A DNA stretch of 64,000 nucleotides from an uncultured Acidimicrobiia bacterium (GTDB lineage: Bacteria > Acidobacteriota > Terriglobia > Versatilivoradales > Versatilivoraceae), in assembly GCA_963786955.1 (NCBI GenBank), contig CAWBAT010000004.1, forward strand, positions 192,001 to 256,000, written 5' to 3'. This document shows positions 43,845 to 55,276 of this stretch, piece after piece. Both the position numbers and the translations under genes were made by a program. A model generated the notes under the pieces. It had not been told where the DNA came from and ran no database searches. It was given only the letters and a program-made list of their open reading frames with translations. How positions within the stretch are numbered: position 1 is the first letter of the stretch; every line of letters starts with the position of its first letter.

Positions 43845-45287
43845 TCATGCCTGCATTTCGCCAACCCGGTGAATTTTGATCATATTAGTCGCCCCGCTGA
43901 CCTGCAACACACCGGCCACAATGACAATCGTCTCTTCTGGCTCGGCAAGCCCCCTGGCAAGCAAAATCTTCTCAGCCGTCTGAATCATGGCGGCGGGATT
44001 AGAAACATGGTCCATCCTCACGGGCACAACTCCGCACAACAAGCTCATCCGCCGGTACACATCTGGGTGGGGAGTAAAGGCTAAAATCATCTGATCAGGT
44101 CTCAAGCTAGCCAGGATGCTGGCTGTTGAGCCCGACTCCGTGAAGACCAGAATCTTTTTTACTCCAAGCTGATTGGCCGCAATCATCGCGGCATGGCAAG
44201 CGCTGTGAGAAAATGTGGGAAGAAAATTGAATGACCTGCGCCTTTCATCGTAACGGATAAATGGCTTAGAGGAATCTTCTGTATAGCAAGCAATGCGGTT
44301 CATGGTTTGAACCGACTCTACTGGAAATTGCCCCGTGGCAGTTTCCGCGGAGAGCATCACCGCATCCGTTCCGTCCAGGATCGCGTTCGCCACGTCGGAA
44401 GCCTCAGCTCGTGTGGGCCTGGGGGAGTGAGTCATCGATTCCAACATTTGCGTGGCCGTAATCACCGGTTTGGCAACTTTCAAGCAAGCCGCAATGAGAG
44501 TTTTTTGCAACATCGGTACTCGCTCCGTTGCCACTTCAACACCCAGATCCCCCCGGGCCACCATGATCCCGTCAGCGACAGTCAGAATCTTGTCAATTTC
44601 ATCAAGAGCTTGCGGTTTTTCAATCTTGGCAATGATCGGGATCAATCGCGCGCGCGCGCTGAGATCCGTCATGGCCTCTTTCGCACGGAGAAGATCGGCG
44701 GCGGAACGTACAAAGGATAGAGCGAGATAATCCACCTCGTTCGCTAAAGCAAACCGGATATCCCGGACATCTTTTTCTGTGACGGCCGGGATGGACAAAG
44801 GGGAGTCAGGGAAATTCACCCCCTTATGGCTCTTCAGCGTCCCATCGAAAAGAACCTTGGTCGTAATATCAGCTTGCGTCGCAGATGTGACTTCCAACTC
44901 CACCATGCCATCATCAACCAGGATCCGATCCCCTGGCTTTACTTCTTGGGGCAGCAGTTTGTAGGAAATGGACGCCCTTTCCAAAGAACCCTCAACTTCA
45001 TCTGTCGTCAGGACAAATTTTTGACCGGCACGCACTGACACGGCCCTATCCCCTGACATGGCTCCCAGACGAATTTTGGGCCCTTGAAGATCGACGAGGA
45101 TTGCGGTCGGCAGGGAGAGTTCCGTTGAGATCTGCCGGATCGAGTGGATGGCCTTCGCGTGATCCGCCTGGTCCCCGTGTGACATATTCAGCCGAAATAC
45201 ATTGACTCCAGCCTCCATGAGTTCTCGCAACTTCCCATCGGAGCGGGATGCGGGTCCAACTGTGGCTACGATTTTCGTCTTACGCAT
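43845..45287 (-). CDS. pyk: Pyruvate kinase
   Basis: RKTKIVATVGP, DLQGPKIR, MVARGDLG, TRAEASDVAN. Confidence 0.98.
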   Translation of the reverse strand: MRKTKIVATVGPASRSDGKLRELMEAGVNVFRLNMSHGDQADHAKAIHSIRQISTELSLPTAILVDLQGPKIRLGAMSGDRAVSVRAGQKFVLTTDEVEGSLERASISYKLLPQEVKPGDRILVDDGMVELEVTSATQADITTKVLFDGTLKSHKGVNFPDSPLSIPAVTEKDVRDIRFALANEVDYLALSFVRSAADLLRAKEAMTDLSARARLIPIIAKIEKPQALDEIDKILTVADGIMVARGDLGVEVATERVPMLQKTLIAACLKVAKPVITATQMLESMTHSPRPTRAEASDVANAILDGTDAVMLSAETATGQFPVESVQTMNRIACYTEDSSKPFIRYDERRRSFNFLPTFSHSACHAAMIAANQLGVKKILVFTESGSTASILASLRPDQMILAFTPHPDVYRRMSLLCGVVPVRMDHVSNPAAMIQTAEKILLARGLAEPEETIVIVAGVLQVSGATNMIKIHRVGEMQA

Positions 45288-45313
45288 AAACGGAGCTCAT
45301 CGCAAGTTTTCGA

Positions 45314-45342
45314 TTGACTCGGTCCTTCACGACTCCTACAAT
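45314..45342 (+). promoter_or_regulatory. Sigma70 promoter of carD
   Basis: TTGACT-N17-TACAAT. Confidence 0.65.
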
Positions 45343-45404
45343 GAAATTTGAAGTCGTAGTTTCTCCAATCCCTCTTTTGTCCTAGCCCCTTCAGCCTTCG
45401 TCCT

Positions 45405-45911
45405 ATGGAATTCACAATTGGTGAAAAAGTCATCTACCCCAATCACGGCGTTGGGGTCATCGAAAAAATCAATAGCCGAGAAGTATCCGGCCATCGAGAG
45501 TCTTTTTACCAGCTAAAAATGGTGGCTAACAGCATGATGGTCATGATCCCTATATCCAACGTGAGTGATGTGGGCTTGCGTAAGCTGATCAAGAAAGAAG
45601 CAGTGAACGAGGTCTTAGATCATCTCAAAAGCACGGGCATCCGGGCCCATACCGATTGGAAGAACCGATACAAAGAGAACAGCGACAAAATGCGAACCGG
45701 CAGTATTTTCGACGTGGCTGACGTTTTCAAAAGTCTCTATTCCTTGAGCCACGAGCGTGTTCTCTCCTTCCGAGAAAAGAAAATGCTGGATCGAGCTCGT
45801 TATCTAGTCATCAGCGAACTGTCAACGGTTTGGAACCTGCCCGAGCTTAAAGTTCAGGAGATGGTCGAACACACCTTGGATGAGAAAGTAATCCGAAAAG
45901 CCCACGCCTGA
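45405..45911 (+). CDS. carD: CarD family transcription factor
   Basis: FTIGEKVIYPNHGVG, WKNRY, LSFREKKML. Confidence 0.95.
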   Translation: MEFTIGEKVIYPNHGVGVIEKINSREVSGHRESFYQLKMVANSMMVMIPISNVSDVGLRKLIKKEAVNEVLDHLKSTGIRAHTDWKNRYKENSDKMRTGSIFDVADVFKSLYSLSHERVLSFREKKMLDRARYLVISELSTVWNLPELKVQEMVEHTLDEKVIRKAHA

Positions 45912-45956
45912 TTCGCTTGCCTTCCCCCATCCGGTCAGCAGGAACAACTGGACACC

Positions 45957-46484
45957 TCAAGTTTCCAGTTCGACATTCCAATAGAGGTAATCACGCCAGC
46001 TTTCAGGAGCATTCTTAAAGACGAGGGTAAGACTGAGACTGGGAACCCATTGGGGCTCGATGGGCCTGCGGATGAGCGTCATGCCGGCTTCTCGAGGCGT
46101 TTGCCCTCCCTTTCGGCGGTTGCAATCAATGCAGGCTGTCACGATGTTCTCCCAGTTCTTGGTCCCATTTCGGGACACGGGAATGACATGGTCGAAGGTA
46201 AGCTCTTCACTGCGAAACGGGGTGTTGCAGTACTGGCAGGTGTAGCTGTCTCGCGCATAGATATTGGCCCGAGAAAACTTCACAATCTTACTTTTTTTGA
46301 CTCTTACGTATTTCAGTAGACGTAGGATTGACGGAAGTTTGATGGCAAAAGTCACACTGTGGATTTCATGAGTGTACTCCTCGATGACTTCCACTTTGCC
46401 CGCAAAAAGCAATGTAATGGCTCGTTGCCAGCCTATGATTTTGAGAGGCTCGTAAGATGCGTTTAATAAGAGAGTCGCTTCCAT
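45957..46484 (-). CDS. HNH endonuclease
   Basis: LLLNASYEPL, RDSYTCQYC, LTFDHVIP, WENIVTACIDCNRRKG. Confidence 0.95.
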   Translation of the reverse strand: MEATLLLNASYEPLKIIGWQRAITLLFAGKVEVIEEYTHEIHSVTFAIKLPSILRLLKYVRVKKSKIVKFSRANIYARDSYTCQYCNTPFRSEELTFDHVIPVSRNGTKNWENIVTACIDCNRRKGGQTPREAGMTLIRRPIEPQWVPSLSLTLVFKNAPESWRDYLYWNVELET

Positions 46485-46610
46485 ATTGAAGACCCGCCTG
46501 CTACCATTTCTTTCCTGTCCAATCCAGTTCTATCCCACTGACTCTTCTTGGCTGAGGATTCATAAGCCGCTTCTAGCCTTACCCTCTAATTACTGAGAAC
46601 TTTCACCTCC

Positions 46611-46657
46611 AAAAACGAAAAAACCGACTTTGCCCAATCGGGTCGGCAAGTCGGTTT
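46611..46657 (-). terminator. Intrinsic terminator/attenuator upstream of the HNH gene
   Basis: aaaccgacttgcc...ggcaaagtcggttt followed by T-tracts on the minus strand. Confidence 0.75.
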
Positions 46658-46693
46658 CTGTTGGAAGCGCGTTCGAATGGGTTCGTTTTCGCG

Positions 46694-46762
46694 TCATATC
46701 CAAACATCACGTTGCTTACCCCAGGCAATTTTGGGTATTTGAGAAGGATGAACGCTGTTCAT
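46694..46762 (-). CDS. Putative leader peptide MNSVHPSQIPKIAWGKQRDVWI
   Basis: GGGAGA RBS 8 nt upstream; lies between the promoter and the terminator. Confidence 0.5.
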   Translation of the reverse strand: MNSVHPSQIPKIAWGKQRDVWI

Positions 46763-46815
46763 CAGGACAGTCTCCCTAAGCTCACGACACAGAAGCTAAA
46801 TCATGGTCCACTGCA

Positions 46816-46843
46816 ATTATCTCTAATCCGTTTTCTTTGTCAA
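46816..46843 (-). promoter_or_regulatory. Sigma70 promoter for the HNH leader
   Basis: TTGACA-N16-GATAAT. Confidence 0.55.
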
Positions 46844-46943
46844 GGCTGATTCCGATTGTTGGCCCCACAAAAGGGCCGACATACTTGTGGCCCTAGTTCC
46901 AACTGATTCAATCGCCATACAAGTTGTTACATATCCGGCTCGG

Positions 46944-47118
46944 GCTCCCTCAAGTCTCTCGTTGTGAAGCAGGTCTTTACCATAGGTCGGCCTACTGGAC
47001 ACAGAAGGGGAGCTAACTACAGTCCCCGAAGGGAACTCACCTGCGATTACCTCCACCCCCTGTGTCCAGTAAGAAATGTGGGACATGCTCAGTTGAACAA
47101 GGGGAAACTTCAGGGGAT
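46944..47118 (-). ncRNA. 6S RNA-like long hairpin
   Basis: ~175-nt rod: closing stem, central bubble, 12-bp tactggacacag/ctgtgtccagta stem, cUUCGg cap. Confidence 0.45.
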
Positions 47119-47259
47119 GAAGAATTAGTAGCAAACAACAACTAATGGGTCTTTATTGATATCACTTTCTTCAAACGGCCACGATCACAGGCAGAAAATC
47201 CCCCGAATTGAGATTGTCATTGACACTCCCCACACCTTCCCCTTATCTTACGCCCCAAT

Positions 47260-47336
47260 GGGCGCGTAGCTCAGTTGGTACGAGCGCTACCTTGACACGG
47301 TAGAGGTCATCGGTTCGATCCCGGTCGCGCCCACCA
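47260..47336 (+). tRNA. tRNA-Val(GAC)
   Basis: Cloverleaf with anticodon arm ctacc-ttGACac-ggtag, GGTTCGA and encoded CCA; upstream TTGACA-N18-TATCTT. Confidence 0.98.
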
Positions 47337-47551
47337 TCCGTAAATTTCAACGTTAGTCACTCCCCTGTCCGCCTGAGCCCTTCCTCGGGGAACTTCACGT
47401 TTTTTGCCAGCCTGCCCGAACTAATTTCTGATATCCTTTTCGAGTAAGCGAAAACGTTTGGAACACGTCATCAGCGAGCTTTTTTTCTTCAAGTTGGCGA
47501 TCCCAATACCTTCCTCTGACAGGTGATAGGTGAGTTGATGGATTTCGGGTA

Positions 47552-48397
47552 TTGAATCAAATGGCAACGTGGATTGACGCTCACACCCATGTTTGGAGGG
47601 CCGTTCCCGATTACTCTCCAGCTAATCGGACAATCGTGAGCCCCGCCTCCGAAGTCCCGGTGGAGCTGCTCATCGAGTATATGGACGAATACGATGTCGG
47701 GCGCGCGGTCCTGGTGCAGCCGATCTTTCCGGGAGAGGATAACAGCTATGTGGCGGACTGTGCCCAGGCACACCCGGAACGATTCTGTGCGGTCTGCGTC
47801 GTGGACCCTCGAAATCAAGACTTCGAAAGGCGCCTGAGTTACTGGGTCAAAGAACGAGGTTGTAGCGGCCTACGATTCCGCCCCAAGATTAGGGAGGAAG
47901 AGGCTCCATTCCACAATCCCTCCTTCGCAAGGCTATGGGAAGACATTGCCGCTCTGAAGATAACGGTCAATATCCTCATGGAGCCCGAACAGTTGGGCCT
48001 TCTGGGGAACTGGTTGGAGCAATTCCCGCAAGTACCAGTGTTGATTGATCACCTGGGTTATCCCAATGTGCGCCTCGGCTTGAAAGCGGAAAGTTTTCAG
48101 ACTCTGCAGCAGTTGTCACGCTTCCCCAACCTGTACATGAAAGCCTCCGGCTATTACTACTTCTCTCAAGAGCGTTACCCTTATTCAGATTGTTGGGAGC
48201 TGTTCCGGGCGATCTACGACCAGTGGGGGCCGGAGCGACTCGTCTGGGGAAGTGATTTCCCTCATGTGCTTCTTAAGACTGGATACCACCGGGCGTTGCT
48301 CTTTCAGGAACGGTTTTACAAGTTTCTAAGCCCGCGCGATCTAGACCTTATCATGGCCCAGAATGCTCTCAAACTCTATTGGAAGAACAACGAATGA
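47552..48397 (+). CDS. Amidohydrolase 2 family protein
   Basis: IDAHTHVW, IDHLG, WGSDFP. Confidence 0.92.
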   Translation: MNQMATWIDAHTHVWRAVPDYSPANRTIVSPASEVPVELLIEYMDEYDVGRAVLVQPIFPGEDNSYVADCAQAHPERFCAVCVVDPRNQDFERRLSYWVKERGCSGLRFRPKIREEEAPFHNPSFARLWEDIAALKITVNILMEPEQLGLLGNWLEQFPQVPVLIDHLGYPNVRLGLKAESFQTLQQLSRFPNLYMKASGYYYFSQERYPYSDCWELFRAIYDQWGPERLVWGSDFPHVLLKTGYHRALLFQERFYKFLSPRDLDLIMAQNALKLYWKNNE

Positions 48398-49381
48398 AAA
48401 TCCTAATTCTCGGAACTGGAGGGGTGGGGGGCTATCTGGGAGCTCTATTCGCTCGAGCGGGGCATGAGCTGCTCTTTATCGACCGAGAACAGCGACATGT
48501 GGACGCCATCAATCGTTCTGGATTGAAGGTGAGCGGGCAAGAATCCTTTACCGTTGAGGTAAGAGCCACTACAAGGCCTGCGCAAGAGTTCTGGAGTTCT
48601 GCAGATCTTTTGATTCTGGCAACCAAGAACATCGATTCGCGTGAAGCCCTGGCTTCGATCGAAGAACTCGACGTGGGATGGGCCACTTCGATTCAGAATG
48701 GGCTGGATGTCCATGACGGGTTGATTGCTCGCTTCGGCAAAGAACGCGTTTTCGGAATGATCACCTTGATCAGTGGGAGCTTAAAAGGTCCAGGTGAAGT
48801 CATCGGTTTCTGGGGAGACCGTCCGACATTTCTGGGTGAACTGGATGGGCGGCAAAGCCCGCGGATAGAGAAGCTTGCCGGGCAACTTGCGGCCGCTGGG
48901 CTGAAGGTCATTGTTCCCGACCACATCGAATCGGTGCGATGGACCAAAATGGTCTGGTGGATTCCTCTGGTCGTGCTGCCCTCCATCACCCGCCTCACTT
49001 GGGGTGAAGCCTTTGTCCAGCCTGACCTGGCTGCTCTTTACACCCGAATCGAACGGGAGTGCGCGGAAGTAGCTACTGCCCTGGGGCATCCGGTGGAGAA
49101 TTATGACAGCATGCTAGTGTCTCGAAGGGTTGAGTCTTTCCTTCGACGAAGCCGTGTTAGACGTCTTGGAGATGGGACGAAAATTGATTGCTGAAGGGAC
49201 CGGAGGCAAGGAGGTCGCGATGTTTTTAGACCTCCAGAAGCGGCGGCGAACAGAGGCTGAAAGCACGATTGGGCTCATGGTCAAGAAAGCGCAGGAAGCC
49301 GGCATCCCCGTCCCTTACACGGAATGCGCCTGGCGTTTAATCCATTCCGTCGAATCGACGTTCTATAAGGAGGCCCTGTGA
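48394..49381 (+). CDS. Ketopantoate reductase family protein, frameshift near 49130
   Basis: ILGTGGVG, QNG, RWTK, then MFLDLQKRRRTEAE...GIPVP in the next frame. Confidence 0.85.
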
Positions 49382-50464
49382 AGCTAGGGTTATTTATGAT
49401 GCCGGTGCATCCGCCGGAGAAGCCAAGGACGCAGTGTTTCGAAGAGGATATCGAGTTGATTGTTCGAGCCGAGGGCCTAGGCTTTACAGAAGCCTGGGTG
49501 GGTCAGCATCATACCCTGGCCTGGGAGCCTATTCCGTCCAATGATGTTTTTATCGCAAACGTGTTTCCCAGAACGAAGACCATACGACTCGGGACTGGTG
49601 TCTCCATCATCCCTCAACACCATCCGGCTAATGTGGCAATGCGCCTGGCGCTTCTAGATCATCTCTCGCGAGGACGATTGAATTGCGGTTTTGGTCAAGG
49701 TGGAGTTCCAACGGATCACGAGCTTTTCGGCCTGCCGGATCCCAAAACTCAAGGATTGATGACGCTTGAAGGCATCGACATGATCCTCAAGTTATGGCAG
49801 GCAGAAGCCCCCTTTGAATTCAAAGGCCAGTTCTGGACCCTCAAGATTAACCGTCCCAATTTGGAATTAGGTATGGGAACGCTCCTCAAGCCTTATCAGA
49901 AGCCCCATCCTCCCATCGCCATGAGCGTAATCAAAAGCAATTCCATGGCGGCGACCTTGGCGGGTCAGCGCGGTTATCTGCCGCTAAGTTCGAATCTCGT
50001 GCCGGCATCCACCGTAGTGGAGCATTGGAAAGGCTATTGCGCTGGTGCACAGGAAGCGGGACTGGCAGCGCCCCAGCGATCGGTATGGCGCGTCGCTCGA
50101 AGCATTTACGTCGGAGAGACAAACCAGGAAGCCCGCGAACACGCTCTCAACGGAACGTTCTCGAGGTCATTCGGTTACCTGTGTGCCCTGATGAAATCGG
50201 CGAACATGCTCCATCTGGTGAAGCATGACCTGGCCGTGACGGATGAAGAAGTGACTCCTGAATATATCCTCAAGCATCTCTGCATCGTAGGTGACGTGGA
50301 CAGCTGCATTCAGCAACTGCAGCAGCTTTGGCAGCAGACCGGGAGGTTTTGGCACGCTGTTGATGATTGCCCATGACTGGGACGACAAAGCCAAGTGGGT
50401 GCGATCGATGGAACGACTGACAAGGGAAGTGCTCCCCGCCTTGCCATCGACTTATGATGCATGA
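49378..50464 (+). CDS. LLM-class flavin-dependent oxidoreductase, frameshift near 50341
   Basis: GFTEAWVGQHH, IRLGTGV, LDHLSRGR, PYQKPHPPI; tail GGFGTLL...EVLP in the shifted frame. Confidence 0.88.
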
Positions 50465-50644
50465 AGATCCACGTGGCTTCTGCTTCCACCCACCCCAAGA
50501 GCGTAAAGGCCCCGCCCCTCCAGAGAGGGGAGTTTCAAAGGAGATTTATTTGTCATTGTTCACTGTTCATTTCTCATTTTCCATTGAGAAACTTAGATAA
50601 AGGATGGGAAATGGAAATCGGACAATGACAATTAGGATAGACTC

Positions 50645-53507
50645 ATGAGACGCACTATTTTTCTTCTTTTATTTTTCCTATTCTTGACCGCTCCCGAACA
50701 TCTTGCTTCGGATACCTCGGAGTTAGAATCCGGCGCTGTGGCAATTATTGGAAAGAATTGTCTCCCTTGTCACAATGCCGATCAGAAGACCGCAGGACTC
50801 ATGCTGGATCGGCGCGAAGGCGCGCTCAAGGGGGGAAACAGTGGACCGGCACTTGTCCCCCACCAGCCGGCTGATAGCCTCTTGATTAAGAAGATTATGG
50901 CCGGAGAGATGCCTCCCGGGAATCCGCTTTCCAACCAGGATCGGGAGGCTCTTCGCCAATGGGTGGAAGCGGGGGCCCCGTGGTCGGAGCCAGTGGCCAA
51001 GGCCCCAGCCAAACACCCTCGAGGGGACATGAACTGGTGGGCGCTTCAGCCGTTACGGAAACCTCAGGTTCCCAACCCATCCAACATTCCGCATGACTGG
51101 ACTCATACTGCAATCGATCGCTTCATCTATGCGAAGCTCCAGGAAAAAGGGTTACAACCTTCTCCTCCAGCTGACCGCACGACTTTGATTCGCCGCGCCA
51201 CGTATGATCTTCTAGGCCTGCCTCCAACCCCGGAAGAAGTGGAAGCCTTTGTCAATAACAACAACCCCGATGCCTACGAAAAGCTGGTTGACCGTCTTCT
51301 CAACTCACCCCAGTATGGGGAGCGCTGGGGGCGGCATTGGCTCGATGTCATTCGTTTTGGTGAAAGCCAGGGGTATGAGCAGAATCACTTGCGGGAGCAA
51401 GCTTGGCCGTTTCGAGACTACATTATTAAATCCTTTAACCAGGACAAACCGTTTACCCAAATGATTCTGGAACAACTGGCGGGAGATCAAATCGCGCCGG
51501 ACGATCCAGAAGCTTTGGTCGGGACGGGATTTCTCGTTGCCGGAACTCATGACACCGTAACCATTGAGAACATCGAAGGGAAGCTCCAGCAACGTGCCAA
51601 CGACCTGGATGATATGGTATCGACAACCGGCGCAGCCTTCCTGGGACTCACAATTGGATGCGCCCGCTGTCATGACCACAAATTTGACCCGATTCAACAG
51701 GCCGATTACTACCGGATTCAGGCAGCCTTTGGGGGAGTTCAGCATGGAGAAAGAGAGTGGACGACCTTGGCCTTAAAAGAGCGTCGCGCCGGACAGGAAA
51801 CGCCGCTGCTCGAAAAACAGCAACAGGTCATGGCACAAATGAAGACGCTTAAAGAGCAAGCGAAACCCCTGGTGGAGGCTCAAAGGGAAGAAATTACTCG
51901 ACGGCTCCGGCCTGCTATCAGTGCACGTGGAAATGAGGAGGACTTCGCACCGGTCACTGCTCGTTTTGTTCGTATGACGATCATTGCAACCACGAAGAAT
52001 CATCCGCCGGCTCTCGACGAGCTGGAAATATGGACCACGGGTCCGGATCCCCCAGAATGTCGCCTTGGCTTCCCATGGGACCAAGGTCCAGGCACGGAAA
52101 ACCCGCACCGATGAAAAAGACCCGAACTTTTACAAGGTGGAGTTTCTGAATGACGGGAAGGCCGATGAGATCTGGATTTCTGGGGAAAAGGGTACGGGTG
52201 AGGTGACGCTCGAGTTTCCTGAGTTAGAAACAATTTCCCGGATCACCTGGTCACGGGACCGTCCCGGCGCCAATCAAGGTAAGTTTGTGGGATATCTTCC
52301 GGTTCAGTATGCCTTTGAAATCTCCACAGACGGCCGGCGCTGGCAAAAAATTTCCAGTTCGGAAGATCGACTGCCCTATGACGAAGAAGAACGACAAGAG
52401 TTTTTCATTTTGGCTGTCCTTTCTGCTTCGGATCACGCCGCCTGGAATACTCTAAAATCCCAGAATACGAAGCTGCAGGAAGCGCTGGCAGCTCTTCCGC
52501 CTCTGCCTCGAGCCTATGTAGGCACTTTCGAGCAGCCTCAGGAGCCCGCCTATTTGTTGAAGCGCGGGAATCCTATGGATAAGGGTCCCGTAATCCCACC
52601 TGGGAGCTTAAGCACACTCGAAAGAATGTTGCCCGGCTACCAACTAGACCCCCACGCGCCGGAGGGCGAACGGCGTCTCGCCTTGGCACGATGGATCATC
52701 GATGACCGAAATGCTTTGGCAGCCCGGGTTCTTGCCAATCGCATATGGCACTATCATTTTGGGAAAGGTCTTGTCGGAACACCCAGCGATTTTGGATTCA
52801 ACGGAGACCGTCCCACTCATCCGGAGCTGCTCGAATGGATCGCCGGCCATTTGCAGGAGCTAGGCTGGCGGCTAAAGCCCTTGCATCGGGAAATCATGCT
52901 TTCGGCAACCTATCGCCAGTCCAGTGCCAACCGTCCGGAGAACGCCTCGATCGACAGTGAATCCCGCTACCTGTGGCGCTATCCGCCACGACGACTGGAG
53001 GCTGAGGCGTTGCGGGATTCCATTCTGGCGGTGAGTGGAAAGCTGAATATGACGATGGGCGGACCCGGATTTCGTTTGTACAAATACACTGTCGACAATG
53101 TGGCGACCTATTATCCTTTGGAAAATTTCGATCCCTCAACCTTTCGCCGGGCCGTTTACCAGCAGACTGCCAGAAGCGTCAAAGACGATTTGATGAGCCT
53201 TTACGACTGCCCAGATTCAACGGCTCCTGATCCCAAACGAGTTGTGACCACGACGGCGTTGCAGGCACTGAGTCTCTTGAACAGCACATTCATCATCGAC
53301 CAAGCCAATTTTTTTGCTGAACGGCTTATTCGGGAAACAAGCCGAAGCGATGCTCAAGCTCAGACAATCCGGGCGTTCCAGTTGGCATTTGGCCGCCGGC
53401 CGACGACTCTGGAACTCAACATGGGAATAGAATTCATCAGTCAAAAAGGTCTGATGGCCTTTTGTCGAATACTTTTTAACGCCAATGAATTTGTCTATGT
53501 GATGTAG
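50645..53507 (+). CDS. Planctomycete cytochrome c/PSD1 (DUF1549+DUF1553) protein, frameshift near 52050
   Basis: CLPCH, YGERWGRHWLD, CARCHDHKFDP, PTHPELL, RRLEAEALRD, NANEFVYV. Confidence 0.9.
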
Positions 53508-53524
53508 TGTCTTATCGGTTTGAT

Positions 53525-54967
53525 ATGGAAACATACTCTCGCATTTCTCCCTATTGGATGAATCGCCGCGAGTTTCTAGGGCAATTCCGTGAAGGACTGA
53601 CCAGCATCGCCTTGGCCCTATTGCTCAAGGAGCAGGGACTGCTTGCCGAAGAGACGCCCCCCTTAGGAAAGCCTCACTTCCCTCCCAGGGCTAAACGGGT
53701 GATCCAGATTTTCTGTCCGGGTGCGGTCTCACAAATGGACACTTTCGATTACAAACCGGAGCTGCAAAAACGAAGCGGCCAGCCTCTTCCCGGCGGAGAA
53801 AACTTAGTCTCTTTCCAAGGCGCCAACGGAAATCTTCTCAAGAGTCCATGGGATTTCAGGCAACGGGGTGCCAGCGGAAAGTGGGTGTCAAATTTGTTAC
53901 CCTATTTAGGCGAATGGGTCGATGAAATAGCCTTCTTCCACTCCATAACTGCCAAGAGTAATACTCATGGCCCCGGTTGCGTTCAGATGAATACCGGCTT
54001 TGTAACCGAAGGTTTCCCCAGTGCCGGAGCCTGGATCAGTTATGCTTTGGGCAGCGAAAATCACAATCTGCCCGCTTTTGTGGCTCTGCCCGACATTCGG
54101 GGAATCCCTCCGTCAGGGCCTGCCAACTGGACTGCTGGCTTCTTGCCTGCAGCCTATCAAGGAGTCATGTTGAGCGCTTCGGAACCGCTACGAAACCTGG
54201 CGCGGCCCGCTCAAATCAGTGCAGAAACGGACTCGGCTTCTAAGAAATTCTTGGACTTACTCAATACGATTTATGAAGAGCAGCACCCCGGGAACGCGGA
54301 CCTGGGAGGAAGAGTGGCCGCTTATGAACTCGCCGGCCGGATGCAGCTTTCAGCGCCTGAAGCCACGGACTTAAGCCAGGAAACAAAGGCAACCAAAGAA
54401 CTGTATGGCACAGAAGACCCTAATCCGTTGCTGGCTGCTTATGCGAAAAACTGCATTCTCGCACGTCGCTTGATTGAGCGCGGAGTGCGGTTTGTTCAGC
54501 TATTCTGCGGGTCTCGCGCCTCAGGGGTGGATGGTCTGCTGAATTGGGATGCCCACAAGACCCTAAAGCAGGACTATGAGAGGCACTGTCCTATCCTGGA
54601 TAAGCCTACGGCTGGTTTGATCAGGGACTTGAAATCTCGCGGCCTATTGGAAGACACCCTCTTACTCTGGACAACCGAATTCGGGCGGCAACCCACTCAT
54701 CAAGCCGGAACACTGGGACGCGATCATAATCCGGATGGATTCACGGTCTGGATGTTGGGCGCGGGAGTGAAAGGTGGCGTGAGTTATGGAGCTACGGATG
54801 AATTCGGCCGCCGGGCCGTTCAAGATGTCTGCACGATCTATGACTTTCATGCCACGGTGCTGAACCTCTTGGGCCTAAACCACGAAAAGCTCACTTACTA
54901 TCACAATGGTATCAAGCGGCGGCTGACCGATGTCCATGGCCGCGTGATCCGAGAAGTGTTGGCCTGA
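53525..54967 (+). CDS. DUF1501 protein with Tat-like signal
   Basis: NRREFL, AKRVI, DTFDYKP, EFGRQP, GRDHNP, RLTDVHG. Confidence 0.93.
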   Translation: METYSRISPYWMNRREFLGQFREGLTSIALALLLKEQGLLAEETPPLGKPHFPPRAKRVIQIFCPGAVSQMDTFDYKPELQKRSGQPLPGGENLVSFQGANGNLLKSPWDFRQRGASGKWVSNLLPYLGEWVDEIAFFHSITAKSNTHGPGCVQMNTGFVTEGFPSAGAWISYALGSENHNLPAFVALPDIRGIPPSGPANWTAGFLPAAYQGVMLSASEPLRNLARPAQISAETDSASKKFLDLLNTIYEEQHPGNADLGGRVAAYELAGRMQLSAPEATDLSQETKATKELYGTEDPNPLLAAYAKNCILARRLIERGVRFVQLFCGSRASGVDGLLNWDAHKTLKQDYERHCPILDKPTAGLIRDLKSRGLLEDTLLLWTTEFGRQPTHQAGTLGRDHNPDGFTVWMLGAGVKGGVSYGATDEFGRRAVQDVCTIYDFHATVLNLLGLNHEKLTYYHNGIKRRLTDVHGRVIREVLA

Positions 54968-55276
54968 TTCTTCCGATGGATTAGCGAGGGCAAATCGAAA
55001 TAAGTCCCCTCTCGGGAGGGGTTGAGGGCTTTAGCCCTCAGGGGTGGGTATGACACCACCGGGAACGTAGGCATCCTGCCCGCCCATTTTGCGGGTCGGC
55101 AGGCATCGGAGTTTGACGCCTGCGCATTCTCTTTGAAGAAGACTCTGTTCCACGATTGGACGGCCAAAGACGCCTTTCAATCGTGGCTACCCACGGGTGG
55201 CACAGACATCGAATTTTGATGTCTGTGAATTAATTGTGAAGATGACCTTGATCCACTACCATGAAGGCAGGAACCA

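Noticed and set aside
46730-46775. CUGAUGA suggesting a hammerhead ribozyme
   Set aside because: No correctly placed GAAA core or stems; it overlaps the uORF start
45957-47118. IscB/HEARO-type RNA-guided system
   Set aside because: The HNH protein lacks PLMP and RuvC parts, and the RNA does not resemble omega-RNA
47040-47130. tmRNA
   Set aside because: No T-arm/CCA end or tag reading frame
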